From contig NC_086114.1 of assembly GCF_963921235.1 (NCBI RefSeq), positions 53,196,001 through 53,260,000 on the forward strand: DNA of 64,000 nt, in the 5' to 3' direction. Origin of the DNA: Mobula hypostoma. Taxonomy: Eukaryota. Below, piece after piece: positions 37,335 to 50,390 of the stretch (positions within the stretch are counted from its first letter, which is position 1; every line of letters starts with the position of its first letter). The notes under the pieces were generated by a model. The model ran no database searches and had not been told where the DNA came from. It saw nothing but the letters and a program-made list of their open reading frames with translations. Both the position numbers and the translations under genes were made by a program.

Positions 37335-40300
37335 ACATCCAGGAAAATGGTTGGTGAAGTTGTGAGCAAGATGACTCGAATGGTGAATGTGGACATTTTG
37401 TTGTAACAATAGTGTATTTCCATCACATATTTTATGTTTTGCTTCTGTACACTTATCCATATCTATTAAAGAGGGAGCAAGGATTATTCTGTATTTTTCT
37501 GACTGTTTTGCATTGTTAAAGTACATTTAATGTAACCACGAGGTTATGCTTGGCGAATAAAGAATATATTGTTTATGCAACTAGTACTTCCAATTTAATC
37601 CCATGAAAATGGATTGAGAAACGGGATCACAGCTGCAGATTGGGGGAATGGAATTGCTGACATAGCCTCACCCATGAAATGGTGTCCTTTGTCCTGAAAA
37701 TATAAAATTACAGTGTTGTTGTGAATTTCATTGTGGTGACTCCAGATCCTTCCACGTGAAGTGTGCCTGTTGTGAAACACTGCTCCAGCTTCGATAGAGG
37801 AAGTAGATTTTCCTTTTTACCTTTCCCGTCCACTCTGTGGTCTGTGATCAGCTGCAGGGACCATCTGCCTTTGTTCTGGATGTTCATTGTAATTCTATAT
37901 TGCACTGTTTTCTCCAAACTTAATAAATCAAAAGGGGGCACACATGCACACAATTACAGATGGATACACACAGAATGTATTTCACAGAGGGACACTCACA
38001 TATACACAGATAGACACACACACCCACATGGGTGCGCACACACACACAAAACTGGTCAACTAGCTCTTGACAGCTGTTGATTTGGAAGCCATCTTTGGAT
38101 GAGCTGTGAGATTTGACATTCCCTCTGCAACTTCATCCTCCTGACATCCACCTACCTGTAACTCTCAACTCCCCCTCCATTCCCCTCCCTTGTTCAATCC
38201 ACCCAACTTCCCTCACCAGTCCACTAATCACCTCAGAACCCTGCCTCCTCTCCTCCTTACTCTGGATATTCCCCCTCCACTCTCACACCCATTTAAGGCT
38301 CCGATCCATCCCACCCCGCTCACCCCACCACAAATTCTACTCAACCCACTGCTTTCCTCGGACTGATTGTTTGTTGCCCCATCCTTATATTGCTTTGCAG
38401 ACTCAGCATTTGCCAACAGAATCTGCTTAACACCAAATCGCAGATCTGAATTCTCAGTGCAGATTCATATCTTCTTGCAGCTTTATCTCCAGCACAGGGT
38501 CACTGCCTTTCTGGTTACAGGGAAACTTTTCATAAATAAGGCAACATTATATCCCGATGTGCTTTCTTCAAAGTGAAATGTGATGCTTATAGTAGACATG
38601 TACATATTCAATAATGTGTGTGCGTGCGTGTGTGTGCGCGCGCGCGCGCCCTTAACTCCTGGTGGAGTCGTTGGGGCTTTTTGCACAGATCTTTTTTCAT
38701 GTGCTCATTGTATGCCGTGTCTTGGGCATCTGAATCCTGGAGGAGCCCATACTTCTCCAGGTTTTTTTTTAATACGAGGACGAGTTGTTAGATTGACAGT
38801 CAACCCAGCACGGATGGAGAGTGTGCAAGGGAGCTGGCCGGATTCGAACTCAGGACCGCTCGCCCCGAAGTCCAGCGCTGATGCCACTATGCCACCAGCA
38901 GGTAATATTCAATAATGTGTGGGTCCAATTACAGTGTGATTTCTATACATCATACGTACATAGACTAAAGTTCAAGTTCAAATATATTTTCATGGGCATA
39001 CATACCCAGGATATAATTGCCATGACAATTAGCTCTTTACAGCAGCAGTAGCACAGTACAGAATTATTCAACAGCAATTCCAAAATAATTAAATGAATAT
39101 AAATTATACATAATTTACACAACAAAATAAACAGCAGTAACACTATCACATTAGTGCAACAGATTTGCAGAAGTATTGCTCACATAAGCTTTGACTTCTT
39201 CCCAGCTTCTCATTTTGTGTATGCGTGATTGAAGAATATCAGCACAGCCAGAATATCCCACAGAACAACCTACTGCAGCGCCCATTACAACCACCTGCCT
39301 CATGGGAGTCGTACGGCAAGCCAGTCTATACACACAGTGCCTCCTGTATCTAAAAGAGTGGCCAAATAGTGTATGTGTGTGGTCTGCCGCTGTAGTTCAT
39401 CAATTTCAGGCTCGGCACATTTTGCATTCCGAGATATTCTTCAGCACGTCACTATTGCAATGTGTGGTTATTTGAGATACTGTCGCCTTCTAATCAACTT
39501 GAAGCAATCTGGCCATTCTCCACTGACCTCTCTCATTAACAAGGCATTTTCACCCACAGAACTGACTATCACTGGAATCTTTCTGTTTTTTTCTTGCACA
39601 ATCCTCTGTAGACTCTCCAGACTGCTGTGTATGAAAATCCTAGGAGATCTGCAATTTTTGAGATACTCAAGCCACCCCGGCCAGCACCAACAAAATATTT
39701 CAGAGTCAAAGTCACTGAGATCACATTTCATTTCCATTCTGACATTTGGTCTGAACAACAACTGAACTTCTTGACCATGTCTGCATGCTTTCATGCATCG
39801 AGTTGCTGCCACGGGATTGGCTAAATAGATATTTGCATTAATGAGTAGGTGTACAGGTGTAACTAATAAAGTGGCCACTAAATGTATATGGACAGTCAAA
39901 TGTACAAAAGACTATAACTTGTGCACCACACTAAAACATAAACCAGCAGAACCAGCAGAATATACAATACATTTACATTGTAGTTTTACAGAGGTTTGGA
40001 AGATGTGTGCAGTTCTGGTTGCCACATTACAAGGAGGATGTGGAGACTATGGAGAGTGTGTGGGAGAAGTTCACCAGAATGCTGTTTGGATTAGAGTGTA
40101 TTAGCTAGAAGGAGGAATTTGGCAGACTTTTATTATTTTCTCTGGAACATCAGAGACTGAGCAGCAACATGACAGAACTAGATAAAATTATTTGAGGTGA
40201 GTATAGTGAGCGTCTTTTACCCAGGGTGAAAATGTCAAATACTGAAGAGCATTGATTTAAGGTGACAAGGGGAAATTTTAAAGGAGATTTGCAAGACGCG

Positions 40301-40361
40301 TTCTTTGCACAGAGAGTGGTAGTTTGCAGATAAATAGCATTGTTCAAGAGGCATTTGGGCA

Positions 40362-42174
40362 GGTAGAAACATAGAAAACCTACAGCACAATAGAGGCCCT
40401 TCATCCCACAATGCTGTGCCGAACAGGTCCTTACTTTAGAAATTACCTAGGGTTACCTATAGCCTTCTATTTTTCTAAGTTCCATGTACCTATCCAGGAG
40501 TCTCTAAAAAGACCCTGTTGTATCCTCGTAAATCTCCTCTGCACCCTTTCTATGGATTCCACATCCTTCCTGTAGTGAAGCTACTAGAACTGAGTACAAT
40601 ACTCCAAGTGGGGTCTGACCAGGGTCCTATATAGCTGCAACATTACCTCTTGGCTCCTAAACTCAATCCCACATTTGATGAAGGCCAATGCACCGCATGC
40701 CTTCTTAAACACAGAGTCAACCTGCGCAGCAGCTTTGAGTGTCCTATGGACTCAGACCCCAAGATCCCTCTGATCCTCCACACTGCCAAGGAGGTTTACC
40801 ATTAATACTATATTCTTCCATCATATTTGACCTACCAAAATGAACCATCTCACACTGATCTGGGTTGAGCTCCATCTGCCACTTCTCAGCCCAGTTTTGC
40901 ATCCTATCGAAGTCCTGCTGTAACCTCTGACAGCCCTCCACACTATCCACAACACCCCAACCCTTCGTGTCATCAGTAAATTTGCTAACCTAATCCTCCA
41001 CTTCCTCATCCAGGTCACTTATAAGAATCATGAAGAGAAGGGGTCCCAGAACAGATCACTGAGGCACACCACTGGTCACCAATCTCCATGCAGAATATGA
41101 CCCATCTACACTTTGCTTTCTGTGGGCAAGCCAATTCTGGATCCACAAAGTAATGTCCACTCGAATCCCATGCCTCCTTACTTTCTCAATAAGCCTGGCA
41201 TGGGGTACCTTATCAAACACCTTGCTGAAATCCATATACACTACATCTACTGCTCAAACTTCATCAACATATTTAGTCATATTCTCAGAAAATTCAATCA
41301 GGTTCGTAAGTGAATGAGAGTGGTGAATCTATGGAATTCTCTGTCACGGGAAACAGTTGAGGCTAGTTCATTGGCTATATTTAAGAGGGAGTTAGATATG
41401 GCCCTTGTGGCTAAAGGGATCAGTGGGTATGGAGAGAAGGCAGGTACAGCGCTCTGAGTTGGATGATCAGCCATGATCATACTGAATGGCGGTGCAGGCT
41501 CGAAGGGCCAAATGGCCTACTCCTGCACCTATTTTCTATGTTTCTATATTTCTTTGTAAGGCATTACCTGCATTTGACAAAGCCATGCTGATTATTCCTA
41601 ATCATATCATCTCTCTCCAAATGTTCATAAATCCTGCATCTCAGGATCTTTTCCTTCAACTTACCAACCACTGAAGTTAGAATCACTGGTCTATAATTTC
41701 CTGGGCTACCTCTACTCCCTTTCTTGAATAAGGGAACAACATCTGCAACCCTCCAATCCTCCAGAACCTTTCCCATCTCCATTGATGATGCAAAGGTCAT
41801 CGCCAGAGGCTCAGCAATCTCCTCACTCACCTCCCACAGTAGCGGGTACATCTCGTCTGGTCCCAGTGATTTCTCCAACTTGATGCTTTCCAAAAGTTCC
41901 AGCACATACTCTTTCTTAATATCTATATGCTCAAGTCTTTCAGTCCACTGTAAGTCATCCCTACAATCACCAAGATCCTTCTCCATAGTGAATAGTGAAG
42001 CAAAGTATTCATTAAGTACCTCTGCTATCTCCTCCAGTTCCATACACACGTCTCCACTGTCACACTTGATTGGTCCTATTCTCTCACATCATATCTTATT
42101 GCTCTTCACATACTTGTAGAATGCCTTGGGGTTTTCCTTAATCCTCTCTGCCAAAGTCTTTTCATGGTCCCTTC
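40362..42174 (-). mobile_element. CR1 LINE (paralog of 16935-18957), broken by the inversion; its remainder is at ~50060-50390 on the + strand
   Basis: Colinear with the copy 1 CR1 up to ...catggtcccttc. Confidence 0.9.
41311..41552 (+). mobile_element. Short CR1 3'-end insertion nested in the CR1 (copy 2-specific)
   Basis: CR1 3'-UTR with (tttctat) tail; TSD ttcgtaag/tttgtaag; absent at ~17875 in copy 1. Confidence 0.8.
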
Positions 42175-45100
42175 CGGCTGGAGGCAGGAGACTTGAGGTG
42201 AGGTGAGGCTGGAGGCTGGAGCCAGGAGACTTTAGGCGAGGCGAGGCTGGAGGCAGGAGACTTGAGGTGAGTCGAGGCTGGAGGCTGGAGGGTGGAGGCA
42301 GGAGACTTGAGGTGAGGCGAGGCTGGAGGCTGGAGGCAGGAGATTTGGGGCGAGGCTTGGCAGGATCCTCCTGGGCAGGGCGCGGATCAGCTGGGCAGGG
42401 CATGGATCAGCTGGGCAGGGCGCAGATCACCACCCGACAGAAGCAAGGGACAGGAAGGGACAGAACCAACCCCAGGTAACAGCAAGACGGCCTGGCTTAC
42501 CTGGGTGGAGAAGGGAGCTAGGTACAGGGTGGCTCCAGGACAAGACTGCAGGTGAGACGAGGCGAGAGTTACCGGCAAGACAATGCAAGGCTTCTGGCAA
42601 AGCAAGGCAAGATGAGAACTTCAAGCAAGGTGAGGGTTACCACCAAGACAAAGCAGGGTTTCAGGCAAGGAAACAGAACGCAGAGCAAGGGATACAATGA
42701 GTAAGGACTAGAACAATCCAGCAGCCACACCCGGGTCTCTGAAGGTATTTATGCAGCCAGCCCCAACTAGCATCAGCTGCCTCAATTAGAGCTCAACAAG
42801 AACAGAAACAGGGTAAACAGTAAAACCTGGAGCAAGAGTCGTTGGACCGGACCGTGAACCGGAATACGGATTTCACGGACCGGACCATGACAGTTCTCTC
42901 CTTTGTGGGGTAAACCAGGCCATTTTTCCGTTGCCCTGCGGGGGATCTGTTCTTGTCTTGTCCTTGCCTCCGTTGGGTAAGTCAGGCCGTTTCGCCATTG
43001 CCCTGCGGGGGGTATCTGTCTTGTCTTGTCCTTGCCTCTGTTGGGTAAGTCCGGCTGTTCTACTGTTACCTGACAGACAGACCTGTCCCAGCTTGGTGTG
43101 GAGATCAAGTTGAGTCCTGGCTTGTCTTTGGATAAGTCTTTGCTCTATGTCTATGCTCTGTCCTGTCTCATGTTAGTGTCATGTTAAAGATGAGTCCCGG
43201 CTTGTCGAAAGGTAAGTCTTGGCTCTATGTTGATGTTTGGTTCCCAGTCTGTCTCTGAGCTCCAATAACCCTAGCCCCGACGATCCCGCAGCCAAGCTCC
43301 AAGAACCCAAGCCTGGAGGGCCCCAAGCCAAGCTCCAAGAACCCAAGCCTTGAGGGTCCCAAGCCACGTTCTAAGAACCCAAGCCTCGAGGGTCCCAAGC
43401 CAAGCTCCAAGAACCCAAGCCTCGAGGATCCCAAGCCAAGCTCAAGACCCAAGACCCCAGCCTGCAGCCAAGCTCAAGACCCAAGACCCCAGCCTTCAGC
43501 CAAGCTCAAGACCCCAGCCTGCAGCCAAGCTCAAGACCCAAGACCCCAGCCTGCAGTCAAGCTCAGGTCTCTAGTCCCCAGCCATGTCCTGTCCTGAAGC
43601 TATGTCATGTCCTTGCCTGGTTCTGGGGACTGAGCCTGAGGCAAGACCCAGGTTCTGGGTCCTTGTCCAGTCTCGGGCTCAGAATCCAAGCCTTGTTTCC
43701 TAGCCCATGGCTTCTAGTCCTGGTCCCCCGAGCCCAAGTCTGCGTTCTTGTCCCTGCTCCTTGCCTGTATCCTGTCATGTCCCTACTCCAGTCAAGTCCT
43801 GTTCCTTGTACTTCAGTGTTTGTGTCTCGCAATTAGGTCCGCTCCCAGCACCCCTTTGTGACAGAACAGGACCTTTCAGAAGGAATAAGCTGGGTGGAAT
43901 ACTAGAAATAAATTGAAAAACACAGCAAGTTGAGGTTAGGATGAACTGTACGATTGTTTCAACAAGGAAAAAGAGTGAATTGTAGATCAAACCCTGAAAC
44001 ATATAAAGTTCCCAGGGGTACAGACAGAATTGATGGTGAAGGGGATATTTCTCCTGGTGGGGCTATTTTAAACTTGATGTGAGGGCACAGTTACAGAATA
44101 ATGGGTTGCCCAATGAAAATAGAGATCAACTTGTCTCAGAAGGTCACAATTCTCTTGAATTCTTTACCCGAAAGTGCCGTGAAGGCAAAGTCATTAAATA
44201 AACTCGAAAACCAGATATGAACGGATATATCAGCTTCAAAGCCAAGAAGAGATACAGGGGCCAAGCAGGATGATGGTGTCGAGGACAGGATGAGATCAGT
44301 CATCATCTTACTGAGTGTGTGGCAGGATGAAGGGGGTGATGGCCTTCTTCTGTTTCTGACATCAGTTCTGGAAGTGGTGAGGGAGGGGCTGGAGCTGGGT
44401 GACTCTGCAGGGAATTAACTTTTGAACTTCTATAAATGCGGACTGGAGAGTATTCTGACTGGTTGCATCATGGCCTGGTATGGAAACACCATTGCCCATA
44501 AGCAGAAAAGCAGTGGATGCAGCCCAATCCATCACAGGAAATGCCCTCCCCACCACTGAGCACAGTTGCAGCTGGCAATTCCACAGGAAAGCAGCATCCA
44601 TCATCCAAGACCCCCATGATCCACGCTGTGCTCTCTTCCTGTTGCTGCCATTGGGAAGGAGCCTCAGGACCCACACCACCAGATTCAGGGACAGTTACTA
44701 CTGTTCAACCATCGGGCTCCTGAACCAGCATAGACAACTTCGCTCACCTCAACTCTGAACTGATTTCACAAACTATGGACTTATTTTCAATGACTCTACA
44801 ACTCATGTTCTCAATATTATTTATTTATGTGTCTGTTCATTTATTTCTTTATCTTGTATTTGCACGGTTTGTTTTCTTCTGCACTTTGGTTATTTGTCTG
44901 TCTTTCTTTGTGCATAGTTTTTCATTAATTAACCCAGTTGTGTTTCTTTGTATCCAGTGTGAATGCCTGCAACAAAATGAATCTTGGTTGTGGGGTAGTA
45001 TGTTGTGGCACGTACGTACTTCGATAATAAATTTACTTTAAACTTTGCTATCTGAAAGACTGAAGTGATTGATGATGCCAGTCAGCACTGGGTAATACAA

Positions 45101-48100
45101 TAGATGGGTGATGTCCCAACAGGGGACGGCTTGTGGAAGGATGTAGGTTGGAGGCTGGTGGGAACATGAAAGAAAGAATTAGGTATGGAATTAAGAGATG
45201 GCAGAGCTGGTGTCAGGTGTTATAGATAAGAATGAACTACAACTGAGTGGAGAGATATTTTCTTTGGTGCACAAGAGGATGATTAGATTAGATTACTAGA
45301 TTAGATGGGATTGTTTGTACCCTTAGCATGAGGCTAAACTCTGGATGACAGAGAGAAATACCACATAATCCTGTAACCCTCTCACCAGGGCCCATGCACA
45401 CTTGGCTTGTTAGCCAACTCTGCTAAAAGCTCTGTGGACAAATTATGTATGGGTCTGAGTTTGGTACGATTTGGGGTTCAACCAAGCAGGAATGTCATGA
45501 TGGATCAATAAATGTAACCACGTTTTGAGAAAATGCTGTGTAAAGAAAATAAATTAAGATGGTCCATTATAGTTAAAACAGTCCAATGTGCACACAAACT
45601 TTGGAGATCATACCGGAATAGTCAGGGTGTATTTCTTACTCAAGCGCTGGACCCACTGTCTGCCTGAAGGAACCTGCCACATTCTGAACTCCCCTCGAAG
45701 ACCATCTCGAAAGAATTGGCTCTCACAAGAGGATTGGCCCTTCCTGCTTGGAGCCATTCATCTGCACAAAGCGCTTCTTGCAACAGGGACTCTCCTTCCA
45801 AATGGCATTCAGTGGCATCTTCCCCTGTGCCGCTCTCCGCAGCTCACGCCAAACACCCCAAACCAGACTATTGTCCTTCAGAAAACTCTTCCACATGGCT
45901 CTCTAGAACCAGGATCCTGAATGGCTGACACACATTCCTAACTTGGACAACGTGGTTTGTTTTCTTTAGCCAAAGCCATAACACTCTTTCCAGCATGGCA
46001 CACTGCTTTTAAACGGCTAATATAAAGTACCTCACTGCATTACAGTAGAAATCTTTACTGGGGCATTACAATTCTGTAAACAAATATGTAGTTTATTGTG
46101 AGATCCTTTCCTGTCACACCTGTATTCTGTTGTCGAAGTTCTTGTAACATTTGTCATACCTAGAGATTATGCTAAGAGTATAATAGCAATGCCTACTTCT
46201 ATGACATTCGAAATGTAATGTTGGAAATTTGTGATTCAGCCTTTCCACCACTTAGAGGTAAATTGCCTCTTCTGCCTGCTGAAAAAAAAATGTGACTAAA
46301 TGTGAGAACAAAGATTGCAGATATTCCCTATTGATGCCCTATTGATCTTGGGAGTGACAAATGCAATTCACTTTTAATTCATAAAGTCTGTGCTTATGCA
46401 ATTCCAAAGGTATAATGACAAAAATCTACTTTGACACCCTACTGCTATGCTGAGGCACCGTGACACCGTCAGAGGTGCAGCCTTTCAGCTAAAACTCTGT
46501 TTGAAAATGAGCAGGAAGATTTTCCTCAGTGTCCACTCTGCATTGGATGCTGGGAAATTCAGGTGTTCTGTGATTATGAACATCAAGCCACAGATGCAAA
46601 TTCTTTGTTTTAATCTTTCAGCTTATGAATGAGTTATGTGGAACACAAATGAGTTGCAACTTAATTCCAGTTGCTCATAACTAATATAACTTATTTACTT
46701 AGGTATTCTGTGCCTAGTAAATATGATCCTGGTAAGGTATGTACTCAATTGTTGGGCTCTTATATGGAACAGGTGCAGGCAGACAATCTCCGATAATGGC
46801 TAGGGTCACCCGTCTTGTAAAGACACTGCCCAGAAGAAGGCAATGGCGAACCACTTCTGGAGAAAAGTTTGCCAAGAACAATCATGATCATGGGGCAATG
46901 ATCGCCCTTGTCATCTGACACGGTGCATGATGAATGTAAGATGATGATGCAGGCTATTAAAACCCTTGAACCTGGTCGACTGCTCAATTAGATCCGAACC
47001 TCAGTCCCCTGCACCAGGGGACATTTGACGTTGTTCAATTAACCAAAAACCTACATGCCCTTGAGATGCCGGATGATATTGGGGCACAGGGTCTCAAACC
47101 ACCCAGTGACAGGGAGAATGTGGAAGCTAACAGCCCTGGAGGTCAGGATTGAACCCGTCATCTCTGGTGCTGTGCAATAGCACCTCTGCACCGCTGTGTC
47201 ATTCATTCAGTAAGTGCCGTGTCGTACGATGGAGAAAATCATGCTCTTGACCATGACTGTTCTTGGAAATTTTTTCAACAGAAGTGATTTGCAATTACCT
47301 TCTTCTGGAGAGTGTGTTTACAAAATGGCTGACCCCAATCATCAGCAATACTCTTCAGTGATTGTCTGCCTGGCATCAGTGGTCACATAACCAGGATTTG
47401 TAACATACAGCAGCTGCTCATACAACCATCCAGCACCTGCTTCTGTGGCTTCACCTGACCCTGATCGAGAGTGCAAGCAGGTGCTACCCCTTGCCCAAGG
47501 GTGACCCGCAGGCTGGCAGAGGGAAGGAGCAGCTTATCACCAGTCCTTTGGTAGAGACAGATCTCCACCCCAGCACCCAGTCTCTGTGTCACCTTCTCAT
47601 TATTTTCAACCTTGAATCTGTGACTTCTTTGTCTTCTGAATTATGGAGACTACAAGCTTATCTGTCCTCATGTTTATAATCTTAGCGTCAATTTGAAATC
47701 TGTCTTGCGCCTTTTTCAAGAATAATACTTTTTTTCAGAATGTGGTGCCCAGAACCAATCTCAATTCAAACCGCATTTTGCACCAAATCTTAACATATCA
47801 TCCTCTTGTTGTTTAGGAGATTTTTCCAAACAAAATAAAAACAGTATATCGTGCCAACTCCTCTGTAAATATCAGATGAGAAGGAAAAGACACGAGAGAC
47901 TGCTGAACAAGGAACAGAATCCTGGAATAACTCCTGATCCAGGGTCTCGAATCGAATCATGGACATACTCCACCTTCTCCACAGACGCTGCTTAACCTAC
48001 TGAGTGTTTCCAACGTTCAGCTTATGTTTGTATCAAACTCAAAGGAATCTCTCTAGAACTGTGAGATTTATTTTGAATTCACATGGAGGACAAACATGAG

Positions 48101-50390
48101 AGCATCTGTATATGCTGGAAATCCAAAGCAACACACACAAAAGGCTAGAGGAACACACACAAAAGGCTATACGTAATCCAAAATTTATCAATGCTCACTT
48201 TTAATATATCCAATGACTTGGCCTCCTCAGCCACCTGTGGCAATGAATTCCACACATTCACTAGCCTCTAACTGAAGAAATTCCTCTTTACCTCTGTTCT
48301 AAAGGGACATCCTTGTATTCTGAGACTGTGCCCTCTGTCCTGGATTCCCCCACTATTGGAAACACGCTCTTTATGTCCACTATCTAGGCCTTTCAATATT
48401 CAGTAGGTGGGTATGTTTTGGTGGAAAGAGAAACCAGTTCAGATGAAGGGTCATGATCCAAAATGTTACCTCTCATCTTCCTTCCACAGATGCTGCCTAA
48501 CCCATTGAATTCCTCCAGCATCTTGTTGGTTTCTCCATATTCCAGCATCTGCAGTCTCTTGTGCCTTTATCCAATAAATACTTTGGGACAATATCAGCGT
48601 TCCCTCTATTTTTTTGAGCCAACCTTTGCTCTGAGCAAGAACTTTTTACACAGTCTGAAAACTGTGCAACACTTTAATAAAACATTATGCAAGAAAATTC
48701 CAGCTGCTAACCAACAAAGACTACATATGCAGTCACATTTCTGTTACACCCACTCAGCTTAGATGAAACAGTGGTTAATAACCCTTCCTGAGAACGGGGG
48801 AAGCTCAGAGATGGTTGTACTCAAAGATGAAGCCACCTGCCCTGGACATCAGAGATGCTAAGTGATGCCAAGTCCACCACATTGACTCACTCAGTATGAC
48901 CTGTTGCATGAGGCACCTCATTTCTCTACTTGTTATCCCAGGATTTGTATTGACAGTTGAATTTTCAGACTTTGGTTCCGCATGAAAGACTGGTCACTTC
49001 ACATGTTTCTATAACAGATGTCCACGTCTTTGAATACTACCACCTGCATCTTTCTTCAAGTGTTCAAGGAAGTAGGAAGTTCCATGAGTCAGATTTGTTC
49101 CTTCAACTCATATTTCAAGAACCAACTGATGCAGCTCAGCTCTTTCCCTTCATTCCCATTCACTGCATTCAGCAGTCCCAATATCCCATAACGTACAAGC
49201 ACTCAAGGAAGAGAGAAATATCCACTGCTTTTTAATGTTGTATTTTATATTGAGTTTGATTTCCAGGGTTCCTTTACATGTTTGTAGCGGGGTTTGTAGT
49301 GGGGATAAACTCCCACTTCCTACAAAATGCTCCCAATAGCAGGCATCTAAAGTAGCCTCTGACAATCAAGTCCAGCTCCTGGCCTTCACATGTGCTTAGT
49401 TACTGAGTCTGGCAGAACCGTTTCTACTGACAGGAGAAGGGACAAAGCGGGGTTACTGGTGCCTTAAACCAGTCGCTTTGAGCAGATGGGGCTTATCAGC
49501 CAAGGCTGGCAACTCACACATGAGAAAGGAAACTCTGATGTTAAACCTCTGCTGCCTTGCGGCTGTACCCACTCATGGGGAAGGCTTTGGGAGTAATCCC
49601 TGAGGAACAATCTGGGGCTGGATTCCCTAAGGCAGTCCTACATTGAGTTCAATGCTGACTGGCAACTCCTGTGATGCTGCTGGTGCCAAACTGTATCGGT
49701 CTCTGCTGTACCTGTGGTCTCATCAGATGCATGGAGAGGGGGAGCCTGTTTCAGGGCAGCAGCTTGCTGTCCTTGTAGTACTGCCCTGGGCTTATGTATC
49801 ATGTAGATAGCTGGGATGCAACATCCATGGTCGACCTTGACCAACGGAGACCAAGATTGGGTTGTAGGTATTGCTATGTTATTCCTGACAATTGATTAGA
49901 CAAGGAGCATTCATTGGAGTCACGTATCTGCCAGTAGTACACAGATTGGTTTGAGATCTTCAGCCCAAAATGTCTTACAACAGTGATGCCAATCAAAAGC
50001 AATCCCCCTTGCCTACACATTGTCTATATCTCCCACCCTCTGCCTGTTCATATATCCTGTACATGATCTGATATTGGGAAATGAACCTGGTCAGGTGTCA
50101 GATCTCTCAGTGGGAGAGCATTTTGGAGATAGTGACCACAATTCTTTCTCCTTTACCATAGCATTAGAGAGGGATAGGAACAGGCAAGTTTGGAAAGTGT
50201 TTAATTGGAGTAAGGGGACATATGAGCCTATCAGGCAGTAACTTGGAAGCATAAATTGGGAATTTGATGTTCTCAAGGAAGTGTACCGCAGAAATGTGGC
50301 AAATGTTCAGGGGATCTTTGTGTGGAGTTTTGCATAGGTACATTCCAATGAGACAGGGAAAGGATGGTAGGGTACAGGAACCATGGTGTA
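42175..50390 (-). other. 8.2-kb inverted segment, reverse complement of ~18629-26050
   Basis: Paired ORFs on opposite strands (23578-23856 minus vs 44480-44758 plus; 19176-19382 plus vs 49638-49844 minus); both breakpoints are readable. Confidence 0.92.
48595..48773. mobile_element. Degenerate MITE (hAT-like)
   Basis: TIR-like cagcgttccctcta...ttagatgaaacagtg; a related right-end fragment lies at ~1830-1927. Confidence 0.45.
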
